Assembly (NCBI GenBank): GCA_009773415.1
Contig: WSNO01000008.1
Location: forward strand, 9,600-73,599
Source of the DNA: Nitrospirota bacterium
GTDB taxonomy: Bacteria > Nitrospirota > Thermodesulfovibrionia > Thermodesulfovibrionales > Dissulfurispiraceae
Length of the DNA: 64,000 nucleotides
Direction of reading: 5' to 3'
The position numbers were made by a program, and so were the translations under genes. A model generated the notes under the pieces. The model had not been told where the DNA came from. It made no database searches and saw nothing but the letters and a program-made list of their open reading frames with translations. The first letter of the stretch is position 1; each line of letters opens with the position of its first letter. Shown here in pieces: positions 55,433 through 64,000 of this stretch.

Positions 55433-57358
55433 CTACTGACTGCTGCTTGCCATCCTGGTTCTTGATTCAGCAATCAATGCCATTGCCGCCTGATAGATAC
55501 CGCTTTCGTCAAGCCCGTTCATCTCGCGCAGGCGCTTCTGCGAACCGTGAGGAATGAATGCATCAGGCACGCCGAGACATTTGACAGAAACGCTCTGCAA
55601 TTCCGCCTGAGCAAGCGTTTCCAGGACAGCAGCGCCAAATCCGCCCGCAAGCGCATTCTCCTCGACCGTCAGAATGCGCTTCGCAGTCTGCCCGAGCGAC
55701 ACGATTAACCCCGCATCGAGCGGCTTTACGAAGCGGGCATTCACAACCGTCGCATGCACGCCATTGCGCCGCAGTTCCTCGGCGGCCTTCAGTGCGGGCG
55801 GCACCGAGTGGCCGACTGCAATAATCGCAAGATCGTCACCCTCGGCAAGCACTTCCGCCTTGCCCGTTTTCAGATCGAATTCGTGAAAAAGGTGGCACAG
55901 ATCAATTCCGGCCCTTCCTCGCGGATAACGAATCGCAGCAGGCCCCTCGTGCTTCAGCGCAAAAGCGAGCATGCGCTTCAGTTCCTGCAGATCTTTCGGC
56001 GCCATGACCAGCAGGTTCGGCACACAGCGCAGGAACGAAATATCGAACAGCCCATGGTGCGTGGGGCCGTCTTCCCCGACAATGCCGGCGCGGTCGATAG
56101 CGAAGACCACCGGAAGGTTCTGGAGGCAGACATCGTGAATTATCTGGTCGTAAGCGCGCTGCAGAAAGGTAGAATAGACCGCAACGACAGGACGAAGCCC
56201 GGAGGCTGCAAGCCCTGCGGCGAAGGTGACTGCGTGCTGTTCCGCAATGCCCACATCGAAGAGGCGCTTCGGATACTTTTCTGCAAACGGTGCAAGTCCG
56301 GTTCCTTCGGTCATGGCAGCTGTAATCGCCACGATTCTGTCATCGGAAGCCGCCAGTTCAGTAAGCGCAAGCCCGAACGCCTCGCAATAGGTTTGCTGAC
56401 AAACCGCCGGCTGATCCGCAGGTTTTGAAGCAGGCTGCTGCTCGCCTGTCTCTACTGCAAACGGCCCCACCCCGTGAAAAACACAGGGGTCTTCCTCGGA
56501 GTATTTGTATCCCTTTCCCTTCCGGGTCACGATGTGAAGAATAATGGGCTCCCTGATATCCTTGATGTTCCGGAGCGTCTCGATGAGCAGCGCCGTATCA
56601 TGCCCGTCAATAGGCCCAAGGTACTCAAAACCGAGGTCCACAAACAGGCCGCCCGGCAGGAAAAAACCTTTCAGACTGCCTTCGGCCCGATGGGCGATTT
56701 TTGCGACCGACTCGCCTATCTTCGGAATTCCCTCAAGAATCGCCTTTGTCTCCTTCCGGACTCTCGAGAAGAACGAACCGGTCAGCACACGATGGAGATA
56801 GGCGGACATGGCGCCGACATTCGGTGATATCGACATCTCGTTGTCGTTCAGAATGACAATCATGTCTTTCTTTCGGTGTCCGGCCTGATTCAACCCTTCA
56901 AAGGCGAGGCCGCCAGTCAGTGCACCGTCTCCGATGACGGCAACAACCTTGAACTCTTCCCCCCTGAGATCGCGCGCCTCGGCCATGCCGAGCGCAGCTG
57001 AAATTGAGGTGGCGCTGTGGCCTGTCCCGAAGGCGTCGTGCTCACTTTCGCTCCGCTTCGGGAAGCCCGAGAGACCGCCAAATCTGCGGAGCGTGTCAAA
57101 TGCATCGGCTCTGCCGGTCAGAAGCTTGTGAGCGTAGCTCTGATGCCCGACATCCCACACAATCTTGTCCTGCGGGGATGAGAAGACATAATGCAGCGCA
57201 ATCGTAAGTTCGATAACGCCGAGATTGGACGCAAGGTGTCCGCCGCCTTTTGAGACCTGTTCGAGAATTCTCGAGCGCAACTCCTCGGCCAATTGCTGAA
57301 GCTCGCCAATCGAGAGTTTTTTGAGGTCCGCGGGTGATTTGACTCGTTCGAGATGCAT
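55433..57358 (-). CDS. dxs: 1-deoxy-D-xylulose-5-phosphate synthase
   Basis: It has GGHLASNLG, GHQSYAHK, the TPP motif GDGALTGG...NDN and DRAGIVGEDGPTHHG. Confidence 0.95.
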   Translation of the reverse strand: MHLERVKSPADLKKLSIGELQQLAEELRSRILEQVSKGGGHLASNLGVIELTIALHYVFSSPQDKIVWDVGHQSYAHKLLTGRADAFDTLRRFGGLSGFPKRSESEHDAFGTGHSATSISAALGMAEARDLRGEEFKVVAVIGDGALTGGLAFEGLNQAGHRKKDMIVILNDNEMSISPNVGAMSAYLHRVLTGSFFSRVRKETKAILEGIPKIGESVAKIAHRAEGSLKGFFLPGGLFVDLGFEYLGPIDGHDTALLIETLRNIKDIREPIILHIVTRKGKGYKYSEEDPCVFHGVGPFAVETGEQQPASKPADQPAVCQQTYCEAFGLALTELAASDDRIVAITAAMTEGTGLAPFAEKYPKRLFDVGIAEQHAVTFAAGLAASGLRPVVAVYSTFLQRAYDQIIHDVCLQNLPVVFAIDRAGIVGEDGPTHHGLFDISFLRCVPNLLVMAPKDLQELKRMLAFALKHEGPAAIRYPRGRAGIDLCHLFHEFDLKTGKAEVLAEGDDLAIIAVGHSVPPALKAAEELRRNGVHATVVNARFVKPLDAGLIVSLGQTAKRILTVEENALAGGFGAAVLETLAQAELQSVSVKCLGVPDAFIPHGSQKRLREMNGLDESGIYQAAMALIAESRTRMASSSQ

Positions 57359-57371
57359 GGGCAGCGGAGAC

Positions 57372-58262
57372 TTAACTGGTCCTTTTCGCAAGATAGCGCG
57401 CGAGTGCTCGCAAAGGCTCGGCCTTTTCATCAAAAGAACTGAGCGCATCGATTGCAGCCGCAATCAGCTCTTCAGCCTTCTGCTTTGACTGCTCCACTCC
57501 ATAGAGCTTCGGATAGGTCATCTTCTTTTTCTTCTCGTCAGAGCCGGCAGTTTTGCCGATCACCCCGGTTTCGCCGACAACGTCCAGGATATCGTCAACA
57601 ACCTGAAATGCAATGCCGATATTCTGACCATAGCTTCTCAGCAGGTCGAGCTGATCCGCATCAGCGCCGGCGAGGATGCCGCCGGAAACAACAGATGCCC
57701 GCAGCAAGGCAGCGGTCTTGTGCGCGTGGATAAACGACAGCGTTTTCGCATCGGGCTCGGCATTCTCCGAAAGCAGATCCTGTGCCTGTCCGGCGACCAT
57801 GCCTTCCTCGCCGGCAGCAAAGCTGATTTCATTCACCACCCGCAGCACCTGGCCGTCCGTCATCGCAGCCGTCCTGAAGCGCGGATCGGAAAGCAGCACG
57901 AACGCCTCGGTCAGAAGCGCATCCCCCGCAAGAATTGCCATTCCTTCGCCAAACGCAACATGGTTGGTCGGCTTGCCGCGGCGGAGATCATCGTCGTCCA
58001 TTGCGGGAAGATCATCATGAATCAGCGAATAGGTATGAATCAGCTCAAGCGCTGTAGCATACGGCACAACATCGTCCGCACTGCCGCCGCATGCCTCAAA
58101 TGCTGCGATGCAGAGCACCGGGCGGATGCGTTTGCCGCCTGCGGAAAGCGAATAGATCACCGACTCATGGAGTTTTTTCGGCTGAAACGGCACCGAGAAG
58201 TAGGATTGCAGAAACACATCCACCAGCTGTTTCCTGCTGCCGATGTACGCCTTGATGTCCAT
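57372..58262 (-). CDS. ispA: (2E,6E)-farnesyl/geranyl diphosphate synthase
   Basis: It has FARM (LIHDDLPAMDDDDLRRG) and SARM (QVVDDILD). The ATG at 58262 has an AAGGGAG RBS. Confidence 0.9.
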   Translation of the reverse strand: MDIKAYIGSRKQLVDVFLQSYFSVPFQPKKLHESVIYSLSAGGKRIRPVLCIAAFEACGGSADDVVPYATALELIHTYSLIHDDLPAMDDDDLRRGKPTNHVAFGEGMAILAGDALLTEAFVLLSDPRFRTAAMTDGQVLRVVNEISFAAGEEGMVAGQAQDLLSENAEPDAKTLSFIHAHKTAALLRASVVSGGILAGADADQLDLLRSYGQNIGIAFQVVDDILDVVGETGVIGKTAGSDEKKKKMTYPKLYGVEQSKQKAEELIAAAIDALSSFDEKAEPLRALARYLAKRTS

Positions 58263-58334
58263 GCCGCTCCCTTTCAGAGACAAGAACCGGGAGAGCTGTC
58301 GCGCCTCCCGGCTTTCATTGTACTCAGCTTGCCG

Positions 58335-59876
58335 CTATTCCCATTCAATGGTTCCGGGCGGCTTGGAAGTAATGTCGTACACCACCCGGTTGATGCCCTT
58401 GATCTCGTTAATGATGCGGCTCGAAATTTTACCCATCACGTCATGCGGCATATGCGCCCAATCGGCAGTCATGCCGTCGAGGCTCGTCACAGCACGGACC
58501 GCCGCAACATTCTCATAGGTCCGCTCATCGCCCATGACGCCGACGCTCTTGATCGGCAGTATAACCGCAAATGCCTGCCAGATTTCACGATAAAGCCCTG
58601 CCGCCTTGATTTCTTCAAGCACGATTGCGTCGGCTTCGCGCAGCAATTCAAGCTTTTGCGCAGTAATCTCTCCGATGCAGCGAATCGCAAGGCCCGGGCC
58701 GGGGAATGGATGGCGCCAGCAGATCTCCTCCGGCAGCCCGAGTTCCTGACCAAGCACGCGCACCTCATCCTTGAACAGTTCGCGCAGCGGCTCGATAAGC
58801 TTCAGTTTCATTTTCTCCGGCAGCCCGCCGACGTTATGATGGCTCTTGATGACCGCCGACGGCCCCTTGAAGGATACCGATTCAATGACATCGGGATACA
58901 GAGTGCCCTGCGCAAGAAATTCTGCATCCGCAAACTTCTTCGCCTCTTCTTCAAAAATGGCGATGAATTCGTAACCGATTATCTTGCGCTTCTGTTCCGG
59001 ATCCGTCACGTTTTTCAGTTTTTCGAGGAACCGCGCCCGTGCATCGACGAAATCGAGGTTCATATGGAAGTGGTCGCGAAAGGTCTTCTTCACCTTTTCG
59101 GCCTCACCCTTGCGAAGCAGGCCGTTGTCGACAAAGATGCAGGCAAGGTTGTCGCCGATTGCCTTATGCAGCAAGAGTGCAACGACCGACGAGTCTACTC
59201 CGCCGCTCAGCGCACAGATGACTTTCTTGCCGGCTGACTGCTCCCGAATAACGGCAATCTGCCACTCGATAAACGACGTCATTTCCCACGTCGGTTTGCA
59301 GCCGCATGTCCCGAACACAAAGTTCTGGAGAATGCGTGTTCCCTCATCGGTATGTGCAACTTCCGGGTGGAACTGGAGCGCAAAAAATCTGCGCGTTTTA
59401 TCGGCCATCGCCGCAATCGGCGAATTATCGGTGTGGCCGACAATCCGGAAACCATCGGGCATCTGCTCGATGCGGTCGCCGTGGCTCATCCAGACACGCG
59501 ACTTCTGCGTGATTCCCCAAAGCACATCGCCGTCGTCGTCGACATGGAGCATCGCCTTGCCGAACTCGCGCTTCGTCGCGCGAGCCACTTCGCCCCCGAG
59601 CATGCGCGCCATGAGCTGCATGCCGTAACAGATGCCGAGCGCCGGCAGGCCGAGTTCAAACACTTCCTTCGCCACAATCGGCGCGCCTTCATCGTAAACA
59701 CTCGACGGACCTCCCGAAAGAATGATGCCTTTCGGCCGGAACGCCTTTATTTTCTCAAGCGGTGCATTGAACGGGAATATCTCCGAATAAACCTTCTGCT
59801 CGCGGATGCGCCGCGCGATCAGCTGGGTGTACTGCGACCCGAAATCAAGAATCAGCACTTTGTCAGAAATATTCAT
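58335..59876 (-). CDS. guaA: GMP synthase (glutamine-hydrolysing)
   Basis: It has a GATase domain (LGICYGMQ), the SGGVDSS PP-loop and a C-terminal ...KPPGTIEWE. Confidence 0.95.
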   Translation of the reverse strand: MNISDKVLILDFGSQYTQLIARRIREQKVYSEIFPFNAPLEKIKAFRPKGIILSGGPSSVYDEGAPIVAKEVFELGLPALGICYGMQLMARMLGGEVARATKREFGKAMLHVDDDGDVLWGITQKSRVWMSHGDRIEQMPDGFRIVGHTDNSPIAAMADKTRRFFALQFHPEVAHTDEGTRILQNFVFGTCGCKPTWEMTSFIEWQIAVIREQSAGKKVICALSGGVDSSVVALLLHKAIGDNLACIFVDNGLLRKGEAEKVKKTFRDHFHMNLDFVDARARFLEKLKNVTDPEQKRKIIGYEFIAIFEEEAKKFADAEFLAQGTLYPDVIESVSFKGPSAVIKSHHNVGGLPEKMKLKLIEPLRELFKDEVRVLGQELGLPEEICWRHPFPGPGLAIRCIGEITAQKLELLREADAIVLEEIKAAGLYREIWQAFAVILPIKSVGVMGDERTYENVAAVRAVTSLDGMTADWAHMPHDVMGKISSRIINEIKGINRVVYDITSKPPGTIEWE

Positions 59877-59920
59877 AGCACCTCTATGCTCTGTTTCACA
59901 GAATCTCTCGTTACGGCCTT

Positions 59921-61393
59921 CTATTCCACCCGGTAATTCGGGGCTTCCCTCGTGATGACAACATCATGCACATGACTTTCCTTCCAGCCCGCGTTCGTGA
60001 TCTGGATGAACCGCGCATTCTGCCGGAGATCCGTCAAATTCTGGCAACCGCAATAGCCCAGTCCCGAACGGAGTCCGCCGACCAGCTGGTGCATGCTCAT
60101 CGCGAGCGGCCCTTTCAGCGGCACACGGCCTTCCACGCCTTCCGGAACGAGTTTTTCTTTCTCAACGCCCTCCTGACCGTACCGGTCCTTCGCCCCATGC
60201 TGCATCGCGCCGAGAGAACCCATGCCCCGGTAAGTTTTATAACTCCTGCCCTGATACAGAATGGTTTCACCGGGCGATTCCTCGGTGCCGGCGAAAAGAC
60301 TTCCGATCATCACGCAGTGAGCGCCCGCGGCAAGTGCTTTCGTTATATCGCCTGAATACTTGATGCCGCCGTCGGAAATGACCGGAATATTGCGCCTGGA
60401 AGCAACATTGTAGCAGGATTTGATTGCCGTAAGCTGCGGCACGCCTGCGCCGGCAACGATGCGGGTCGTGCAGATTGATCCGGGTCCGATACCGACCTTG
60501 ATCGCATCAGCTCCTGCTTCAATCAGGTCTGCCGCGCCTTCAGCGGTAGCTACGTTGCCGGCAATAACCTCCACATCAGGAAACTTTCGCTTCAGCTCCT
60601 TCAGCGTAAGAATAACCGCTCTGGAATGACCATGGGCAGTGTCGATCGCAATGACATCCACGCCCGCCCTGATAAGAAGCTCGGCCCGATAGAGTGCGCT
60701 TTCCCCTACCCCGATTGCCGCGCCGACGCGCAGGCGTCCATGGCTGTCCTTGCAGGCGTTCGGATACTTTTTGCGCTTCTCGATGTCCTTGATGGTGATA
60801 AGCCCGCGAAGATTGAAGCTGTCGTCAACGATCGGGAGCTTTTCGATTTTATACTTGTTCAGGGTCTGCTTGGCATCATCAAGTGTTGTCCCGATTGATG
60901 CTGTGATTATGTTCGAACTCGTCATGGCGTCCGAAACAAGCCGTTTGCCGTCCGGCTCGAATCGCAGATCGCGGTTTGTAAGAATGCCGACCAGCCTGCC
61001 GCCGACTTCGCCGTTCTCGGTAACCGGAACGCCAGAAATCTTGTACCGTGCCATCAGCTCGAGCGCCTTCGAAATCGGCGCGTTCGGAGAGACGGTAATC
61101 GGATCAATAATCATTCCGCTCTCTGATTTCTTGACCTTGTCGACCTCGAGCGCCTGTTTCTGCGGGGACAGCGCACGGTGAAGAATACCGAGGCCGCCTT
61201 CGCGGGCCAACGCAATAGCCAAGTTTGCTTCAGTTACTGTATCCATGGCTGCACTGACGATCGGGATATTCAGCCTGATATTTTTCGTCATGTTTGTACT
61301 GACATCAACTTCTGTCGGCAGGACATCCGACATGGCAGGAAGCAGCAGAACATCATCAAATGTGAGGCCAATCTGGAGATCATCTTGCAACAT
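59921..61393 (-). CDS. guaB: IMP dehydrogenase
   Basis: It has GLTFDDVLL, a CBS pair, the catalytic loop [11 protein letters not shown] and GGIKYSGD. Confidence 0.95.
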   Translation of the reverse strand: MLQDDLQIGLTFDDVLLLPAMSDVLPTEVDVSTNMTKNIRLNIPIVSAAMDTVTEANLAIALAREGGLGILHRALSPQKQALEVDKVKKSESGMIIDPITVSPNAPISKALELMARYKISGVPVTENGEVGGRLVGILTNRDLRFEPDGKRLVSDAMTSSNIITASIGTTLDDAKQTLNKYKIEKLPIVDDSFNLRGLITIKDIEKRKKYPNACKDSHGRLRVGAAIGVGESALYRAELLIRAGVDVIAIDTAHGHSRAVILTLKELKRKFPDVEVIAGNVATAEGAADLIEAGADAIKVGIGPGSICTTRIVAGAGVPQLTAIKSCYNVASRRNIPVISDGGIKYSGDITKALAAGAHCVMIGSLFAGTEESPGETILYQGRSYKTYRGMGSLGAMQHGAKDRYGQEGVEKEKLVPEGVEGRVPLKGPLAMSMHQLVGGLRSGLGYCGCQNLTDLRQNARFIQITNAGWKESHVHDVVITREAPNYRVE

Positions 61394-61887
61394 GCGGCTA
61401 ACCCTCTTGATTTTTTTAGATTTAATTATAGCACGAACAGCCCTGCATTAAGGAATGCACCTATTGCTTACCTATATTATCCAACGAGTTGACTGATGAG
61501 GCCGGACTGCCCGAGCCGGAAAAAATCAGCTTCTATTCCCTCGCCGCTCGCGAAGCAGAAAAAGCACGCCCGAGAATCGGTCGGAGAGCCAGCGAAGAGA
61601 AGAGCGTGCACGCTCATTCCTGCTCCCGACGCGAACTCGTAATTGCGGAAACAGCAGATATCGCTCTGTCGCAATGCGACCCCGCGAACGGCGGCGCTTC
61701 GGCAAATCATCAAACACTGATGCAGCACCTCCCGAACAAGCACGTTCAATGCAATAAGGCAGATATTAGCATAAAAAGCAGTTCAGATCGGCCCGCTAAT
61801 AGGGGGTATAAAAAATCAATATTTCACGACCTGCATATACTTTCTATCTACCCCTGCCGATGCGACCGATCCAATGCCCTATTCCGG

Positions 61888-63264
61888 CTAACCGACCAGA
61901 ACCAGCGACGGGAAAATGCCGAGCAGCAGAACAAAGAAGGCGGTCAGTATAACGGCAAAGAGAAGGGTTTTTGATGCTGAGCACGAGACACTATCCTCCG
62001 ACTCCCGCATGAACATGGTGCCCACGAGCCTGAGATAATAGAACGCTGAGACGACGCTGAAGATTACCGCAACAACGACGAGTACCGTCTGCCCGGCGTC
62101 AACCGCTGCGAGAAACACCTGAAGCTTCCCGACAAAGCCCCCTGCCGGCGGAATGCCGGTCAGAGAGAACAGGAAAATAAGCATTGCGCCCGCAAGCAGC
62201 GGTTGCCGCTTGGCAAGTCCGGCATACGCCGAACGTTCTTCGCCGTTCTCCAGCATCAGCATAACCGTAAAGACGCCCATGTTCATGAATGCATAGATAG
62301 CCAGATAGGTCATCACCGCCTGCATGCCGGCGATGGTTCCCGCAAGCACGCCGAGCAGCATGTATCCGGCATGTGCAACGGATGAATATGCAAACATTCG
62401 CTTAACATTGTCCTGCCTGAGCGCCAGCAGATTGCCGCCGGCAACTGTCAGCACCACCAGGATGGTCACTGCAGGAGCCCATTCTGCCCATGCCGCTCCG
62501 AACCCTTCCACCAACACTCTGCCGAACGCTGCAAAGGCTGCTGCCTTGGGTCCGACCGACATGAAGGCGGTCACCGGTGTCGGCGCGCCCTGATAGGCGT
62601 CAGGCGCCCACATATGGAAAGGGACTGCCGCAATCTTGAACCCGAAAGCTATGATGATCGCCAGCAATGCAATCCCCAGCACCGGGTCTGTATTGCCGCC
62701 CGTCATCACATACAGGGCAACCGCTGCAATGCTCGTCGAGCCGGTCAGCACATACACCATTGCGATGCCGAACAGCAGGATAGCGGTCGCAAAGGTGCCG
62801 AGCAGGAGATACTTCATGGCGGCCTCGTTCGACCATCGGCTCTCGCGCTGGAATCCGGTCAGAACATAGACGCTGAGCGACATCAGCTCAAGGCCGACAT
62901 ACAGGATGATCAGATCATTTGCGGACGCCATGAACATCATGCCGATGGAAGCGAGCATCAGCAGGCAATAGTATTCCGTCGCATATTCCTCCCGGATGGT
63001 GCGGGACCCGATAGCAAGCAGCACCGCAAGAAACAGCGTCAGCATGAACAGCAGCTTGAAAAAACTGCTGTATGCGTCAGCAACAAACATTCCTTCAAAT
63101 GCAGTCCCCGAAGCAGACGGAACAAGATATGCCGTTACTCCCGCGGCCGCAATCGTCATAAGCCCAAGCATACCCTTGCTGCGGATCGCCAAGCCGGAAA
63201 GAAAAATACCGAGCATGCAGACCGTCAGAACTATCTCGGGGGTCAGCAGACGGAGCTCGCTCAT
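61888..63264 (-). CDS. nuoN: NADH-quinone oxidoreductase subunit N
   Basis: It is a ~14-TM antiporter-like subunit with FHMWAPDAYQGAPTPVTAF, located immediately downstream of nuoM. Confidence 0.9.
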   Translation of the reverse strand: MSELRLLTPEIVLTVCMLGIFLSGLAIRSKGMLGLMTIAAAGVTAYLVPSASGTAFEGMFVADAYSSFFKLLFMLTLFLAVLLAIGSRTIREEYATEYYCLLMLASIGMMFMASANDLIILYVGLELMSLSVYVLTGFQRESRWSNEAAMKYLLLGTFATAILLFGIAMVYVLTGSTSIAAVALYVMTGGNTDPVLGIALLAIIIAFGFKIAAVPFHMWAPDAYQGAPTPVTAFMSVGPKAAAFAAFGRVLVEGFGAAWAEWAPAVTILVVLTVAGGNLLALRQDNVKRMFAYSSVAHAGYMLLGVLAGTIAGMQAVMTYLAIYAFMNMGVFTVMLMLENGEERSAYAGLAKRQPLLAGAMLIFLFSLTGIPPAGGFVGKLQVFLAAVDAGQTVLVVVAVIFSVVSAFYYLRLVGTMFMRESEDSVSCSASKTLLFAVILTAFFVLLLGIFPSLVLVG

Positions 63265-64000
63265 CGAGCCACCCCCGAAGCACTGATAACGGCGTCGGCT
63301 GTCTGCATCATGTTCACAAGCTGATCCACTGATGAGCGCATGAAATCCAGCAGGATGCCGGGCTGCACACCCACCACCACAATAACAATCAGCAGCGGTG
63401 CAAGACAGACGACTTCCCGAAGTGTAAGATCGCTGAAGCTTGGCGGATAGGGAGTTGCCGGTTTGAACAGAATCAGCCGGTAGCAGGCCCAGGACATATA
63501 GGCCACGCCAAGCACGACGCCGAATATGGCGAATGCGCCAATGACATAATGGCCCTGAAACACCCCGCTTAAAATGAGGAATTCACCGATAAACGCGCTC
63601 AGCCCCGGAAAGCCGGTCGCTGCAAGAGCAAGGACGGTAAAAACGACTGCGGAAACCGGGGCCGCAGTGCTCAGGCCGCCGAAGTCAGCCAGCATCCGCG
63701 TCTTCAGACGTTCTTCCATGGCGGCGATCCAGAGGAACAGTCCGCCGGTAATAACTCCGTGGCTCACCATCTGGATGATGCTGCCGTCGATGCCGACCTT
63801 CGTAAGTGTTGCCATGCCAAGAAGGATGAAGCCCATGTGGCTCAGGCTCGAGTAGGCTATAAGCCGTTTCAGGTCCTGCTGCGCAAGCGCGCAATAAGCA
63901 CCATACAGAACTGTTATAACTGAAAGTATCAGCATGGGTTCAAGGAAGGTCCATGCAGCATCCGGGAAAAACGGAAACAGTATGCGGATGAATCCGTAGG
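63261..64000 (-). CDS. nuoM: NADH-quinone oxidoreductase subunit M (3' part; continues beyond window end)
   Basis: The frame stays open to nt 64000 (...YGFIRILFPFFPDAAWTFLEPM...), and the motif QQDLKRLIAYSSLSHMGF is present. Confidence 0.9.
   Translation of the reverse strand, partial: YGFIRILFPFFPDAAWTFLEPMLILSVITVLYGAYCALAQQDLKRLIAYSSLSHMGFILLGMATLTKVGIDGSIIQMVSHGVITGGLFLWIAAMEERLKTRMLADFGGLSTAAPVSAVVFTVLALAATGFPGLSAFIGEFLILSGVFQGHYVIGAFAIFGVVLGVAYMSWACYRLILFKPATPYPPSFSDLTLREVVCLAPLLIVIVVVGVQPGILLDFMRSSVDQLVNMMQTADAVISASGVAR

Noticed and set aside
57720-59237. A 505-aa plus-strand ORF. Similar long ORFs are 39910..41001(-), 35220..36257(+), 2326..3384(-), 10537..11424(-), 54028..54921(+), 22024..22803(-), 23252..24214(-), 45882..46649(-), 12491..13207(-) and 49077..49727(-).
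   Set aside because: Each lies antisense to a gene with unmistakable family motifs (guaA/ispA, a histidine kinase, ettA, a sigma-54 activator, kdsA, the decarboxylase, DUF1015, gap, YkgJ, kdsC/pgsA and the TRAP permease). Their products are Arg/His/Pro-rich shadow-frame translations with no recognisable domains.
61783-61818. Possible additional TGA read-through upstream of the 61477..61749 ORF.
   Set aside because: The frame hits a second TGA 11 codons further up. There is no domain continuity and no hairpin, unlike the rhodanese case.

Overview
This is a 64-kb chromosomal segment from a diderm (LPS-making) bacterium, about 55% GC. The gene content (sigma-54 activators, ApgM, DapL, Nuo) suggests a deltaproteobacterium- or Nitrospirota-like anaerobe, but that is inference only. 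Most of the window is tightly packed housekeeping: tolB (partial); a ydbH-like/ydbL-kdsA-kdsD-kdsC-pgsA-plsY-queC-yajD co-directional block; gap-pgk, apgM and aroK; ettA and hisS; the yggS-proC-yggT-divIVA cluster; dapL-folK-yjbQ; rlmN; polyamine genes (speH, speE, an ODC-like decarboxylase); tlyA-dxs-ispA; guaB-guaA; and nuoN with a partial nuoM. I found no rRNA, tRNA, CRISPR array, transposase or integrase. The interesting parts are regulatory and accessory. (1) Three sigma-54 enhancer-binding proteins are present, and I can read four good -24/-12 promoters next to them. (2) One of these promoters drives a secreted CXXCH plus triple-rhodanese protein. Its reading frame is interrupted by a single TGA exactly at a rhodanese catalytic-Cys position, and a SECIS-like hairpin follows, so it is a candidate selenoprotein. 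A sigma-54-driven outer-membrane beta-barrel gene lies on the other side of the activator. (3) A periplasmic-heme (CXXCH) sensor kinase and sigma-54 regulator pair sits directly upstream of a perfect-consensus sigma-54 promoter and a USP/mini-membrane protein/YeiH-family transporter/USP/SRPBCC operon. (4) Also present are a TatD-radical SAM fusion, an orphan HslV-like Ntn hydrolase with Ser at the nucleophile position, a GAF-GGDEF protein with a degenerate GEDEF site, and three apparent frameshifts in short homopolymer runs or a repeat (a repeat lipoprotein, a TAXI-TRAP binding protein and a TRAP permease). All functional calls rest on motifs recognised by eye, not on database searches.
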